Source: Octopus sinensis
Taxonomy: Eukaryota
DNA: 64,000 nt
Direction of reading: 5' to 3'
Assembly: GCF_006345805.1 (NCBI RefSeq)
Contig: NC_043002.1
Coordinates: 38,316,001-38,380,000, forward strand
Position numbers and translations under genes: made by a program. Under the pieces are notes generated by a model. That model was not told where the DNA came from. It did no database searches and was given only the letters and a program-made list of their open reading frames with translations. This document shows positions 41,777-55,622 of the stretch, in pieces (the first letter of the stretch is position 1; the number at the start of each line of letters is the position of its first letter).

Positions 41777-42609
41777 TAACAACAAGCAAGATGAGGACAA
41801 ATATCCGTCGAATGTAAATAATGTACATGTTGTTGTTTTGTTAGTTCATGATCAAAGGAAAGAAAATTACCTTGTCATGGTTCTTTTGATTCTATGATCT
41901 TTTTTTTATTTAAGCTTAAGTTTTGTCACTCTCTCTTTGTAAATAATGGGTAATCATAATGTTCACAACAGCAATATTGTTGGCTTTATTTGCATCACGA
42001 AGTTTCAGTAAAATTCGCCCACAAATACGATAGTCATACAGCTACAAGTTGAATCATTTAGGAAAAGATCATGAGGTGCGGTGTCAGTAGATTCATTTAC
42101 GCATAGCAACACTCATACTGTTGTTTGAATTATATCATTTCCCTAGTTTGTTGTTGAAATAATTACGGAAAACAGAATTCTTGAATGAGTTGTTGAATCA
42201 GTTTTATATAACAATTGTGTCAGCTCTGTAAGTGCAACTGTGAGAATCGGCTGACTTTAGAATACTTCCTTATATGCAATACTTACTAAATTAAAGAATA
42301 TCATTCCGGAACCGCTGGAACTAGCTATAAAGATAGGCTGTCAACTTGAGCTCTCGATTTTCGCGGTATCCATTAAGTTATCTAATGTATACTGTCGTTA
42401 TTCGCTCTATGTTTTGCATTCCCTGTATATGTTATTGTTGGCAGTACAGAGAGATCATACAAAAATACGTTCCGTTACCTAAACGCAACTTAGATTTGAG
42501 ATGATGAGTGGAAGAAGGAATAGAAATCATCAAATATGAAAGAATTAGTTTTAAACGGTGACAAAGAGATCCAGTGGTATAGTCAGAACGCAGTAAACGT
42601 GCGCAAACA

Positions 42610-42663
<54 letters not shown>

Positions 42664-42789
42664 GCACATACACGTTTATATCTTCAAAAGATTTGGAAAA
42701 ACTTCTTGTGTATCAAGCTTATTTTATAAAAAAACTTTTCAATATAAAAGATTTTCTTAAAGGGAAACTTATTAATTATAGTGAAAAAT

Positions 42790-44165
42790 ATCTTAAGAAG
42801 AGATTGACATATACGTTGCAAAAAGAAGGTTTGTAGTTGATTAGTTTCTTCCTTTGTTAAAAATAAATGGCATATTCTGAAATTTACATTTGCACAACTG
42901 TCTAGATGTTCACCACATGAGACATTTCTGAAAGGAATTTTAGGATCTGGTGCGTATACACCATAAATGGTTCTATGAATTTTGATTTTAACTGACAGGT
43001 TTAATTTTCATTTTGGTGTGGATATGTAATACAGTAAATGAGATTTTCTTTTTGTAATTCATATTTGTACTAAATTTCAATTCCTTCCCATTCTTGAATG
43101 TTTTTTTTTTGCCATGTTAAGTTAATTCACAAATCCCAGTCTTTGTTACATACATTATTTCTATTTCTGAAGTTAATTTTACCTTTTCTAAGAGTCTTTT
43201 TAAATTTGATGATCATCTCTGGTTATTAATAAATTGTGACTCTTGAATTATTTTTCTAATATATTTTGATTGGTGCAAAACCGGAAGGTACTGTTTTGCC
43301 GAATATAAGATGTTATTTTTCCTAGAATTAAGCACGACTGTAAATGGAATATTCAATCTTTTCTTCCCCTTTGTTCTGGGGTTTCCTCCATAATTCAGGG
43401 ATTGAAATTCTTTTACCTTGGTTATAGTAAGATCTATGTTTTACATGTATTTTTGTTCCCGGGGGAATATCTTTCATTTCTTCTAGTCGTCCCTTTCATT
43501 TACATAAGTCTGTATCTCTTGAACATATTCCTCTTGCCCTAATAAATGGGATATTTCTTTTAATATGAGGCGAATGGCAAAATCTAAAAACCTAAGTTCC
43601 GATGTGTGTCCGGTCCTTACAGTAGAGGTCTACTATGAGAATTTTATTTTCTTAAATTACTAAATGTCCAGTAAAGGAAGCTCCAATTTCTTTTCCAGTT
43701 TTCTTTTGAATAGTTGTGAATATGCAGATTAGCAATAATCCTAGATCGAACATACTTTTATCTTCAAGAAATCCTATCACTAATGTATATAAACGTCGGT
43801 GAATTGCAGTCCTTTTATTTGAAAACTACTTTAGTTATCAAACAGGAAATAATTGTTTTCTAGCACCAATCGTACTACTTCTAGTATACATCGTTTTGGG
43901 AACTCGCCAGAATTGTGTGTGGGTATTTGTCTATCCAGAATTCTATTATTGATATCTTAATCCATAGGGTATATATTCAACCAGATTGGTCATGTCTAAA
44001 ACAAACAGGATATTCCAATACTTACTCTTTCTCGGAGGTAGTTTAGAAGGTCTATATGATGTCTGATGAAACCAGGAACTAATTTGCATAATGGTTTCAA
44101 AATTATGTCCAGTAAATTATTTAATTCTTGAGTGTTTCACGTTGGTCCTGCAGCAGTAATTGATA
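42790..44165 (-). pseudogene. Degenerate Penelope RT plus GIY-YIG fragment
   Basis: Minus strand: PITAAGPT...LLDIILKPLCKLVPGFIR, IEFWIDKYP, LVLENNYFLFDN, and downstream ENLIYCITYP plus GEHLDSCA; many frameshifts. Confidence 0.75.
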
Positions 44166-44413
44166 GCAATTATTTTAAATCAGATGATGTAGGAGTCATG
44201 GGATATGGTGCATGGGGGTCTTTTTAGCTGTCATGCTTTCTATCAAATACACTCGCGCACACACACACATATCGTTAGGGAGGGAGCTGTAGATATAGCT
44301 ATACATACATATAAACAAACAAACATACATACATTTAAATATGTATATATAAGCGATTATGAGAATGAGCAAAATAGACAAAATAGATACCTCAAATACA
44401 AAATATGTATATA

Positions 44414-45540
44414 CAGAGGTTGGATAAAATAAGGGAAAGACCCAAAAATTTCAAATAAATTATTTATGGCAGTAATTACAGCATGAATTCTACGAGGCAT
44501 GGTCTCGTACAAAGTTTGAATCGTTTCCAAAGGTATTTTTGTCCTTTCTTCAGGTGAAACTGTCTCCAGTTCTTGTAATGATGATGGTGGAGGATATCGA
44601 CTCCTTGTTTTTCTAAAATGCACTATAAACGTTCAATAATATTGAGATCTGGTGGCCAGATAAGGTGTTCAACTTCACTAGAATGTTCCTCGTGCCATTC
44701 AGTAACAACTTTAGCTGTGTGAATTGATGCATTATCATCCTGAAATATTGCGTTTCCCTCCGGAAACCCGGCAACCATAGGATGAATTTGATCAGATAAA
44801 ATGCTTAAAAATACCCCTAGATCCTCCTCCATGTTTATTAGTTGGAAGAAGGCAGTCTGTGTCAACCGCTTCTTTTGGATGTCCCCACACGTATACTCGG
44901 CCTGTGGTCGGAAATATAGTAATGGATGACTCATCTGAGTAAATAGCATTCTTCCATTGCTCTAGAGACCAGTTCGGTAGGTTTTTACTCCACTCTAAAC
45001 GCTTTGCAACGTCTGTTCTTGAAAGTAGTGGTTTTCTGATTGCAGCCCCCTGTAAAATCTGGCTTTGTGCAGCTCTCGGCAAAGAGCTCTTGAGGAAACT
45101 GGGTGCTCGAGGTGGTCATTAAGCTCTACAGTAATTTTGGGAGCAGTACTTTTGTGATCCTTTCAAACAATTCGCGTAAGAGTCCGACGGTCCCTTTCTG
45201 ATAGTTTTGGTTTTCATCCGGAGTTTCGTTCCGACGAGGAGGTTTTTCCCTCTGTCATTACTTTTGAGACAGTACTTCTTGATACACCAAACATTTCAGC
45301 TGTTTTCGTTCCGCAAGCGCCTGCGATACGCGCACCAACAATTTGAGCTCTTTGAGGGTCCGATAAATCTGTCATTTTAATGAATTTTAATTACCTTTTT
45401 CTGATGAGATCTGAAAAGAAGCAGCAATATTAGTCAAACATATTAAACAACACTCATAATAAATCATAAAAACATTAAAAAAACAGGCTTGTGACGGTTT
45501 TATAGATATTTCAAAATTATGATGCTATGATGCTAGGTGA
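44414..45540 (-). mobile_element. Tc1-family DNA transposon remnant (one TIR plus disrupted transposase, about 44450-45375)
   Basis: TA|cagaggttggataaaata TIR; MTDLSDPQRAQIVGARIAG helix-turn-helix start; YSDES, FQDDNASIH and WPPDLNIIE catalytic motifs. The second TIR was not found. Confidence 0.88.
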
Positions 45541-45548
45541 TATATATA

Positions 45549-45596
<48 letters not shown>

Positions 45597-46380
45597 ATAT
45601 ATATATAATACACACAAAGGTTCAATTACACAGAGTACAAAAAACAAAAAAAATTAAAGGAGTCCAAGTATTATAAGTCCAACAGCTGTTGTCGGGGCTC
45701 GGCTATCCATAATGATATTGATAGATTTAGTCCATCACAAAATGCGGCCATACGGATACATTTAACATAGGATGAGACGAGGCTCCGTCATTAGGGTAGA
45801 GAACAACTTACATTTGAAAACTTAATGCAGAGCAGTTCAAAGATGGAATGATTAAATGTGGAGAGCTAATATTAAATATGGAGCGTATTATAAATATGGA
45901 GCTGGAGGTATTAAAACAGGGAATAGTGAAAAGAGAAAAGATAGTTCAAGTACAATGAGATGTTAACAATGAGGCTATTAAGGGGTTAATAATGAGGCTG
46001 GTACAGCGGTATGCAGAGGTGTAACCCCCGCTATCTTCTCTCATACCTTGCTATAGACTTTAGTAATCTCCCTCTGTCACTGAACTACACACTCTACTTC
46101 CCTCAAATAATTGCTATTCCTTTTCTCATTATCTTAACCAATAATTCTATGGCTTTCATCCCTAAATTTAAAAAAAAAATTATGTAGCTGGTTTGAGAAG
46201 GAAAGCCTTGTGGATAAACATCATGATGAAAGATTGCTGTCTGAAAGGGGGTGGTTCTACAAACATAGATACTGTATTAATATTCTCTCATTCGCCCTCT
46301 AGTAATCCTTGTGGAATCTACAATTATGCATTCATAATTAGCACACATCATTGTTATCGTCGTCATCTTAGCCGTCATCG

Positions 46381-46480
46381 TCGCCGTTGTCGAAATCGCC
46401 GTTGTCGAAATCGCCGTTGTCGAAATCGCCGTTGTCGAAATCGCCGTTGTCGAAATCGCCGTTGTCGAAATCGCCGTCGT
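46381..46480. repeat. 15-bp tandem repeat (TCGCCGTTGTCGAAA) x6 plus a partial unit
   Basis: Direct reading. Confidence 0.95.
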
Positions 46481-46826
46481 CAGAGAGAGTGGAGAGCAAG
46501 AATAATAATAATGAGGAGGAGGAGGAAGAGGGGGGGAAGGGACGGAGATGATGATGATGACTTTACAGATGTAAACTAAAGCTGTCAAAAGTAGATACCG
46601 CAGCGCCTTTGTATATTTGGCATCAATGGACCAGTCCTTTGCCCAACTATGCATACTATTAGTGAATGAGAACAGCAGAATCGTGAATTTATTTTACTTT
46701 CTTATTCCTTCTTTTTGCCTGTGTTGCTATTTTATATATTTCATCTTTAATATTCATTACGTTTATCATCTACCGTTTTCCTTTTTGTTGCTGCTGTTAT
46801 CGTTGTTCCCCTCCTCCTCCTCCTCC

Positions 46827-46918
<92 letters not shown>

Positions 46919-48735
46919 GTTCTTCCTTCTCTCTTATTTCCTGATTAAAATCGATGAAAGATTTAATGTGTCTTTCCGTTTTGTTATCTTTTTTAAAATT
47001 ATTTAGCTCATTACTTGCTAGATATGTCCGTATATATCAGTTAGTTAATGAAAAAGAAAGAAAAAAAGGAACAAACATTTATGAAGCCAAAAAAAGAATA
47101 AAAATAAAAAATAACATAACATATATGAAAATGATGAATAAAATAAGATGCAACCGGTTTAATGTATAGAATCGATAGTTTGTATTCTTCAGAGGAAACT
47201 TCCATTTTTCCTTTTCAATGATTTTGATTTCAATGTTTACTTGTTCTAACAATGGTAACAAGTGGAGAAAGAAAAAAAAATGACTTTCTTTAAGGCGGAA
47301 AATAAGCAATGTAAAGCTGCTTCAAATTTTTTAAACACTTCTTGGATTGTGGAATCTTATAAGCAATATTAATCAAGAGATTATACCGCCTGGGAAATAT
47401 TTTTTCTTTGAATTTAAAAAAAAAATTCTATTTAATCATATTACCCTTTCTTTCTATCCACATCTCTTCACTATCTCTTTCTGCCTTTCTCTGTGTTTTT
47501 TTGTTTTTTTTTGATATCTCTCTTTTTCTCCCAGGTTTTTTTTTTTTTTTAGCTGTCTATCTGTGTATCTGGCTACAGAGCTAGCTCAAAAGATTTATTT
47601 TGCTTTTTCAAATTCATAAAATCAAATATTTTCTTTTGGAAATATATCCGCCGTTTCTATTCCCTAGTTTCTCTGCTTTGTATTTAGAACCATTTCAATA
47701 TTGTTTAAATCTATTCAAGGTTTTATATGGCACTCGTGTTTAACGATTCATCACAGAAAGAGAAAAAAAGCATGAGTTTTGAGAATTGAACATTTTCAAA
47801 CGTAAATGTCTTTATACGAATCGCCTTTTGTGATTGTTTATAAATAAAGACTACTTAAGATAGTAATATTTGTTGCATACAATCATTTATTATAAAGTAA
47901 AATTCATGTGTTTGGATATAAACAATGGCATGTTTATGTAAAACAATGAATCGAGACAAGATTAGAATATATACTTATATACATCCATATATATATATAT
48001 ATAGATATATATATATATATATATATATATTCGTATATTATAATATATATATATATAGTATAATATATATAATATGTATGTTTGGTTATATACATACATA
48101 TATATATATAACGTATATATATATATATATATATAATATATCTATATATATATATTATATATATATATTTATACGTATATATATATATATATATATATTA
48201 TATACATATATAGACAACAACCCCATATTTTATTGAATAATTGACACTGTGGTGCCAAGGAGAGGATATTATAAATACAACTGATGATTCAGAGGGTTTT
48301 CAAGAAAAACATATTAGAAACATATAGTATTTATGGAAACTTTAATAGGAGCAGTAGATGATCAGTTCAATAAATTATCTGTTTTAATTTTTTTTTAATA
48401 ACTGAAGATCGATATGTATAGAGATATAAGGCAACCGCTGTGTCGAGATCTATACCAATTCTACCACAATACGTGTGATTTTAATTGCGTCATATTTGAT
48501 TCTTGTCAGTAACGTAATTGTGAGAAATCCCTGTAGCGCAATGGAATTACTTTCACTATTAAATGTCTGTTATAAGCGTGCATATATACATACATACTTA
48601 AATATATAATGTAATATATGTATATGCATGTATATATCTTTGTGTATCTATTTACACATGCATATATACAAATATATATGTATATTTCTGTGTGTGTGTA
48701 TATATATATATATGTACGTGTGTTGTGTATAGGTA

Positions 48736-48810
<75 letters not shown>

Positions 48811-49329
48811 TGTGTGTGTGTGTGTGTTTGTGCTGTGCGTGTGCACTGTGTTATAGATTTTTTTGTTCCGATCAATGAAAATAAAACTAGCAGACAAAGT
48901 TTCTCGATCGAATTTGTAGCTGAAAATCTAATTAGCAGGATAAAAAAATGTTAAATGATATAATGTATTGCTAAAATTTCGAAATTCTTTGTGCCGGAAG
49001 TTTTTAATCTTTTACTTAAATGGTAAGATAAAATAAAATATATCTTCTGACTAACACATATAGTAAACGCATTAAGCGATTTCACTTCACTGGAAAACCA
49101 TATATTATTTTGTGGTAAAACATAATTCACATATAAAAACTAAATATGTTAAATACGCAGAGATACAGAAAAACTGCTTCTGTTACGAAAACCTTACGTT
49201 GGTCTAAGTTATAACTAATCGAAATAGAATAATTGGAATTTGAATTTAGCATCCTAATGGATGCCAGAATTACAGGTACTAGCACATTAATGCTCGAGTT
49301 CCAACCTTAAGTCCTCAGAAAGGTAGGTA

Positions 49330-49745
49330 AAAAGCCAAAGTAGCTATCTTCAATTTCATTTTTGTGCTTATCGTCACTTGTGGTCATGAATTTAGGCTAA
49401 TAACCGAAAGAGTGCAATCGTGAATGAAGGGTCCGAAATAGAGCTCCTCTGAGGATCTTTGGAGTAATGTCACTCGATAAGATCGTAGCACGGAGATCAG
49501 GGTATCTATCAAGTTCGAGCCGCTACTTCGCTTTCAGAGGTCATAGCTTCGGTGCTACGGACCTGCGATTGCAATGTCGCAGTTATGAATCGGAAGACGA
49601 ATTCTTCAAGCCAAGTCAAATGGAATGAGACTTTGGTGTAGAAAGAGAATGAGATGGTTGGCAAATATTTGGCCGGAAAATTTAATGACGGCTGCGTCCT
49701 TAAATAGAACACTATTGGGGAGTTGCTAGAAGGCGTTACTACCAT
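49330..49745 (+). pseudogene. RTE-clade LINE 3' fragment
   Basis: VTCGHEFRLITERVQS...DRSTEIRVSIKFEPLLRFQRS*LRCYG...ILQAKSNGMR...RMRWLANI, typical of the RTE post-RT C-terminus. Confidence 0.75.
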
Positions 49746-49972
49746 AACTTTAGGAGAAGAGTGTGGAAGAAGTTGAATAGCTGGAAATTTGAATTTAGTG
49801 ATAATCAGAAAGAAATATTCTTAACAACGGCTTTAAAAACAATTTCACAGCGATCAGTCTGGAACAAGTTAAGTGACTACTAACGAGTGTTTTACAATTA
49901 AAGCTATATTGTAGTCGATTTGTCTTATAATATCAGCGATACGGTTGTATAAACTTAACAGACGTTTAATAA

Positions 49973-50415
49973 AAATAAATGCGTCCTTTTAAAGCTTAGC
50001 CAGGCTCATGGGACCGGTTTCCCGGTTTCTATGGCGGGACGCCAGTCGATCGCAGCGTTACTCATTTTTGCCAGCTGAGTGGACTGGAGCAACGTGAAAT
50101 GAAGTGTTTCGCTCAAGAACACAACGCGTCGTCCGGTCCAGGAATCGAAACCACAATCTTACGATCATGATGCTGACACCCTAACCACTAAGCCACGCAC
50201 CTCCACAAATAAATGCGCCATTTTAAAGCCTAGCCAGGCTCATGGGCCCGGTTTCCCGATTTCTATGGCGTATGTGTTCCCCAGCTGGACGGCCACCAGT
50301 CCATCGCAGCGTTACTCATTTTTGCCAGTACAGTGGACTGGAGCAACGTGAAATGAAAAGTTATGCTCAAGAATACAACGCTGACACCCTAACCACTAAG
50401 CCACGCACCTCCACT
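49973..50415 (-). mobile_element. Tandem pair of tRNA-derived SINEs (second family)
   Basis: Minus-strand head gtggaggtgcgTGGCTTAGTGGttaggg...GGTTTCGATTCC; two copies, each with the same flank aaataaatgcg. Confidence 0.85.
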
Positions 50416-50749
50416 AACAAACGTTTACAACTTATTAAATTTAATTAATTTGTAAATGCAGAGATGGCTTTGCCCCTTAGTAAAGTTTACACTTCTATAA
50501 TATAAATTCCAATTTACTCATTCCTCACGTTCGCACAGTGCTGCAATTAGTCGAATAGGCACATAGCCGAATTTAGATTGAACTCTGTGTGATGCAATTT
50601 CGGTACTTATTTTATCGACCTTGAACGAATGAACAGTAAAATTACTATCTCCGTGATATGAACGCAGAACGTAAAAGTACTCGTAATTAATTAAGCAAAA
50701 TATTTATTATAGTTCGTTGCCTTGTCGCTCCAAGTTTGCAAATGCAAAT

Positions 50750-52450
50750 TAGGATGATGATGATGATGAAGAGGACGACAACGAGGATTACGATGTTGCT
50801 GCTGCTGCTGCTGCTGATAATGATGATGATGATGATGATGTGAATGATGATGATGATGATGATGATGATGAAGATGATGATGATGATGATGGTGATGATG
50901 TGAATGATCATGATGCTGATGATGATAATGATACAGGCACCGCTAACGACGACGTCAACAACGACGACGACGATGGTGATGAGGATGATGATTCATGACG
51001 ATGACGCCGACAGGGAAGAGAGCGAGTAAGTGGAGACTCGTCACCCTTACCAACAACATGCGTGTTGCTGAAGGAAAAGACAAAAGAGTAAGGTCTGACT
51101 AATTTATGACAGGATAATTTGAGAGAAACGAAATGAAGAACAAAGTCAAAGGAAAACAAAAATATAAATATTATTATTGATTGAGAAGAAGAAGAAGAAG
51201 AAGAAGAAGAAGAAGAAAAAAAAGAAGAAAAAAGAAAAGAATCAGTAGAAGCCAAAAAGAAGAATAATGGTGGTGGTGGTGGTGAGATGATGAGAAGAAA
51301 AGAAAAGAAGATGGTGTGATATGATTGAGGAGAAGGAAGAAGAAGGAGAAGAAAAAGAAGAAAAGAAGAAAAAAGAAAAGAGAAAGAAAAAAGACAATGT
51401 GTTAAAAAAAAGATTGTTGATGATGATGATGATGAGAAGAAGAAGAAGAAGAAGAAGAAGAAGGAGAAGAAGAAAAAAAAAAGAAGTAGAAGCAAAAAAG
51501 AAGAAAAATATGGTGGTGGTGATGATGATGAGAAGAAGAAAAGAAGATGGTGATGATGATGAGTTTGAGGAGAAGAAGCAGAAAAAGAAGCAAAAAAAGA
51601 GAAAAATGTTGATGATGATGATGAGAGAAGAAGAAGAAGAAGAATAAGAAGAAGGAGAAGAAGAAAAAAAGAAAAAGAACGTAGAAACAAAAAGGAATAA
51701 AACTGGTGGTGATGATGATGAGAAGAAGAAAAGAAGATGGTGATGATGATGATGTTGAGGAGAAGAAGAAGAAGAAGAAGCAAAAAAAGAAGAAAAAGAT
51801 GTTGATGATGATGATGATGAGAAGAAGAAGAAGAAGAAGAAGAAGAAGGAGAAGAAGAAAAAAGAAAAAGAAGTAGAAGCAAAAAAGAAGAAAAATATGG
51901 TGGTGATGATGATGAGAAGAAGAAAAGAAGATGGTGATGATGATGATGTTGAGGAGAAGAAGAAGAAGAAGAAGAAAAAAAAGAAAAAAAAGATGTTGAT
52001 GATGATGATGATGAGAAGAAGAAGAAGAAGAAGAAGAAGAAGAAGAAGAAGAAGAAGAAGAAAAGAAGATGGCGATGATGATGATGATGAGAAGGAGAAA
52101 AAGAAGAAGCAAAGAAGAAGAAGAAGAAGAAGAAGACGAAGACGAAGAAGAAAAAGAAGAAGAAGAAGAAGAAAAAGAAGAAGAAAAAGAAGAAGAAGAA
52201 GAAAAAGAAGAAGAAGAAGAAGAAAAAGAAGAAGAAAAAGGACAACAACCGGTGGAGAGGAGGGAGAATGAAAGGGGAGGTGAAGAGATAAATTGAGGAG
52301 CAGGGAGATATGGAGGGAAAAGAGGAGGGGAGAAAGCTGAGAGAAAAAGATGAAGAGAAGGAGGCGGAAGGGAAGGTGCTCTGATTGCTGTAAAGTGGGA
52401 AAAGTGCAGTGATAATGGTGATGATGAAGATGATGATGATGATGATGATG
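50750..52450. repeat. 1.7-kb (GAT)n/(GAA)n array with higher-order periodicity
   Basis: Anchor gtagaa(g/a)c...tggtggtg at about 51245, 51486, 51681 and 51874. The 527-aa and 352-aa ORFs are by-products. Confidence 0.9.
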
Positions 52451-53086
52451 ATGATTTCAAAAAATAAGGAGGTAGGAGTAAGAGACAACATTGTTTAGGG
52501 AAGGAGTGAACCTGGAGCCATATTTATTTGACAATGTTTGTCTTAGTTAACTGTTTACAAATGTGAAGAGAATGGTTAAACAAACTGAGATTTTTCCAGC
52601 TCTACTTCAGATAGACGTACACACGCACACACGCACATACACACTCACACACACACACAAATACACGCACGCACACTCATATACAACGACATACATGCAC
52701 AAATATCCGGGGAAAACAAACTTAAGCACTCGCGCGCGCGCGTACACAGATATCCTGCAAAACGTATACAAAATCAATCACTTGTGTATGCATATATGCA
52801 AGTATGGATGTTATTTGCGTATTTAAGTGCGTTTGTGTGTATGCGTTCATATATTTATGTATATAAGCATACACACATACACATACACATGCACACACAC
52901 ACATATGTATATATGAATGCATGTATGTATTTACGCGTACATTTGCGATACTACATTATCTGTATTGATATGATCATTTATTATAAAAAATAACTCCTCT
53001 GATTTTAGACCCTATATTTGAGTGAGTATTATTTTCCTGAATTTCTCTTCTTCCAAGATATATATGCATATATATATATATATATG

Positions 53087-53156
<70 letters not shown>

Positions 53157-53159
<3 letters not shown>

Positions 53160-53361
53160 AGATTTCAGGAAAAAAAAACAAAAGACGAAGATAGGTGGTG
53201 TGCAAAACAAACAGATGTATTAGTATAACGCTCAGGAATAGAAAAAGTCTTATACCTTTCGAACCTACGCTCTTCTACAGAAAGGGACACAGAAAAAAAC
53301 AAGGAGAGAAACAAGGAGAGAAAATAATGTGTGTAGTGGCTAAGGATCTATCATGGCGACT
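53157..53361 (-). mobile_element. Family A hammerhead pseudo-LTR element (copy 3)
   Basis: Reverse complement of 533-722; core CTTT-CTGTAGA-A-GAGC-GTAG-GTTC-GAAAGGT. Confidence 0.75.
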
Positions 53362-53998
53362 GATATATACACATATTTTAAAGATCTAATCAACCAAAAA
53401 CGTACTCAATACAATGAGAGATAGATATAAATTTAAATACACAACCGAAAGAGTTACTAATAGATTCATGATATTATGATACTTGAACAGGCACAGTTAT
53501 AAAATACGCTATGTATCTCAAGGCAATCTTCAGGCTCTGTTTATGCGTTATATACACTTTAAAAGTAAGTACGCCGGACAGTAAGAAAAAACGTAGGGAA
53601 AAACCTGAAGTTTAAAGCAAAAAATGGAACGGGAGAAAAAAAAAATCAAGAAAGCTAAGACCTTCGTTCTTCCTGATTGCAGAAAGTTTTTTTTAAATAC
53701 AACCGAAAATAAGTCAAAGTTTGCGAGACAGTAACTCAATCAGGAGCGGATACCACATTTCGGGGATTACGCTCGTAGTAGTTTTCCCAGATCGCCTTTC
53801 GTCTTCCAGGGACGTCCTTCCGCTCTTCGAAGCACCTGCATCACTCGAAACATAGCATATAACCATTGCCTCGTCACTGTAAGTCTATAGACGCACATAG
53901 AGATATAAGCATTCGCAAATGAAGACATACAATAGAAATACAAAATGGCTGACGGTTAGTAAGGAGAGACACAAACAAATAAGAAAGAAGAAAACAAA

Positions 53999-54043
53999 GG
54001 ACCACTGATGCGGTCACAGGAGTGTGACGAAAGAACTCTGGCC
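53999..54043 (+). ncRNA. Degenerate hammerhead-like motif
   Basis: GGACCA-CTGATGC-G-GTCAC-aggagt-GTGAC-GAAAG-AA-CTC-TGGCC; A9C, imperfect stems I and III. Confidence 0.4.
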
Positions 54044-54304
54044 GAAATAAGATTAAGATTAATGTAAAAAATAAATATCACTGAAGCAAAATAACACCAA
54101 ATATATAGTGCGTGTGTTTTTATTGGCTAAACTGGCAAAATGACCATTCCGAAATATAACAATATCTGTTTCACCACACGACTTCACATAAAAAATCTTG
54201 CATAACAAATATTTAAACGTATATATATATTTATATATATTTATATATATTTATATATATTTATATATATTTATATATATTTATATATATTTATATATAT
54301 ATAT

Positions 54305-54405
54305 ATTCCCTTCTTTCCTGAGCGTCAATAATACTTTAATTGTTCCACGTCCTGCGTTGCTGTGTTTTTTTCTCTTTTTTCTGTGTTTTCTTGTTTGGAT
54401 TAACT
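54305..54405 (+). mobile_element. Family B pseudo-LTR 3' fragment (lacks the ribozyme)
   Basis: Matches 58915-59013; embedded in (TA)-rich repeats. Confidence 0.7.
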
Positions 54406-55622
54406 ATATATATATATATACTATATATATATATATATATAATATACATATTTATATATATTATATATATATACATATTTATATATTTATATATATTCAA
54501 CAGGCACAAACCACCTAAAACGAAGTAAACGTTGAATAAGAGAGGAAACGCGAACATTTGAGAAGGAAGTTTATAGAAAATGTGGAATGTTAAAAAACGG
54601 AAAACGAAAATCGAAAAACGTAAAAAGGTAAAAGTGTTATCCATGTATATCACCTGTTAGAATTGAAACTTCGATTTCTATACATTCCTTTACCTAGCGG
54701 TCATTGACAACTATATCTGATCGATTGTACTCGATCTTCCTGGTTGCATGTATTGGTGCATTCGAGACTACAGTTTATTTATTATTTTATTTATTTATTT
54801 TCGTTCACTGGCACTTCTTTTTTGTTTCTCAGCATCTTAGCTTGGTTAAAGTGTTTTCTGAGACCGTTCCTGGTGTATGCTTTTACCACATTTTTCTGTT
54901 GAGATTTCATAATGAGACTTAAATTCCATCGTGTGCAAGACCAAACTCTGTCATGCCTGAGTTTAAATTCTCTGTTAACCAAAGCGGGACCGTCGGAGAC
55001 TAAGTAGTTTCTTCCTTATCTCCAAATATTTACTGTGCTCCTACTTGTATATTCTGCTTCATTATATGCCTATTGTGATTTCTGGTGGGGTGACCTAAAT
55101 CCTATGTTGCAATAAAGAACACTTCAATCTCAGATTAAAGTTCTACGTTTGTCAAGGAATGCTGTGCTGTCCCTTTGTCTACATTCACGTAGTACCCATT
55201 CAAGTATTGAGTACCTAAGTGGGTTTTTGCCATTGCTTTGTCATGGTATCCTATGTCACCACAACCACTTCCTTCAACTGCTCTCACCAGTTTCTCTTTT
55301 TTCTTCTTTTTCTCTTCACTTTGCTTCCATATGGAGATGGTCGTTATTTCATGACCACGAAACTTTAAGTAGCATGAGAATCTAGGTCAACCGGCGACTC
55401 AAAGAATATAACACTATACACTGAGTGCTACCTTTTATCTTATCGTTTGTTCACTGACTCGTTTCTAATATGTTTAAATACATACATACATACATACATA
55501 CTTACATACATATATACATACATTCATACATACACACACATACATACATACATACATACATACATACGTACATACATACATACATACATACATACATACA
55601 CACATACATACTTACATACATA

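Larger units (their letters stand above)
41359..41828. mobile_element. Inverted pair of hammerhead pseudo-LTR arms (family D) around a (TAA)n core
   Basis: 41359-41486 is the reverse complement of 41683-41828 with substitutions and indels; each arm carries an outward-facing HHR. Confidence 0.8.

Noticed and set aside
46381-46480. 15-bp repeat as a CRISPR-like array or RRCRN coding repeat
   Set aside because: Head-to-tail with no spacers, in eukaryotic context, and with no supporting gene structure.
50908-52491. 527-aa and 352-aa ORFs
   Set aside because: They are translations of (GAA)n/(GAT)n arrays lacking stop codons, with homopolymeric F/S/L/H content.
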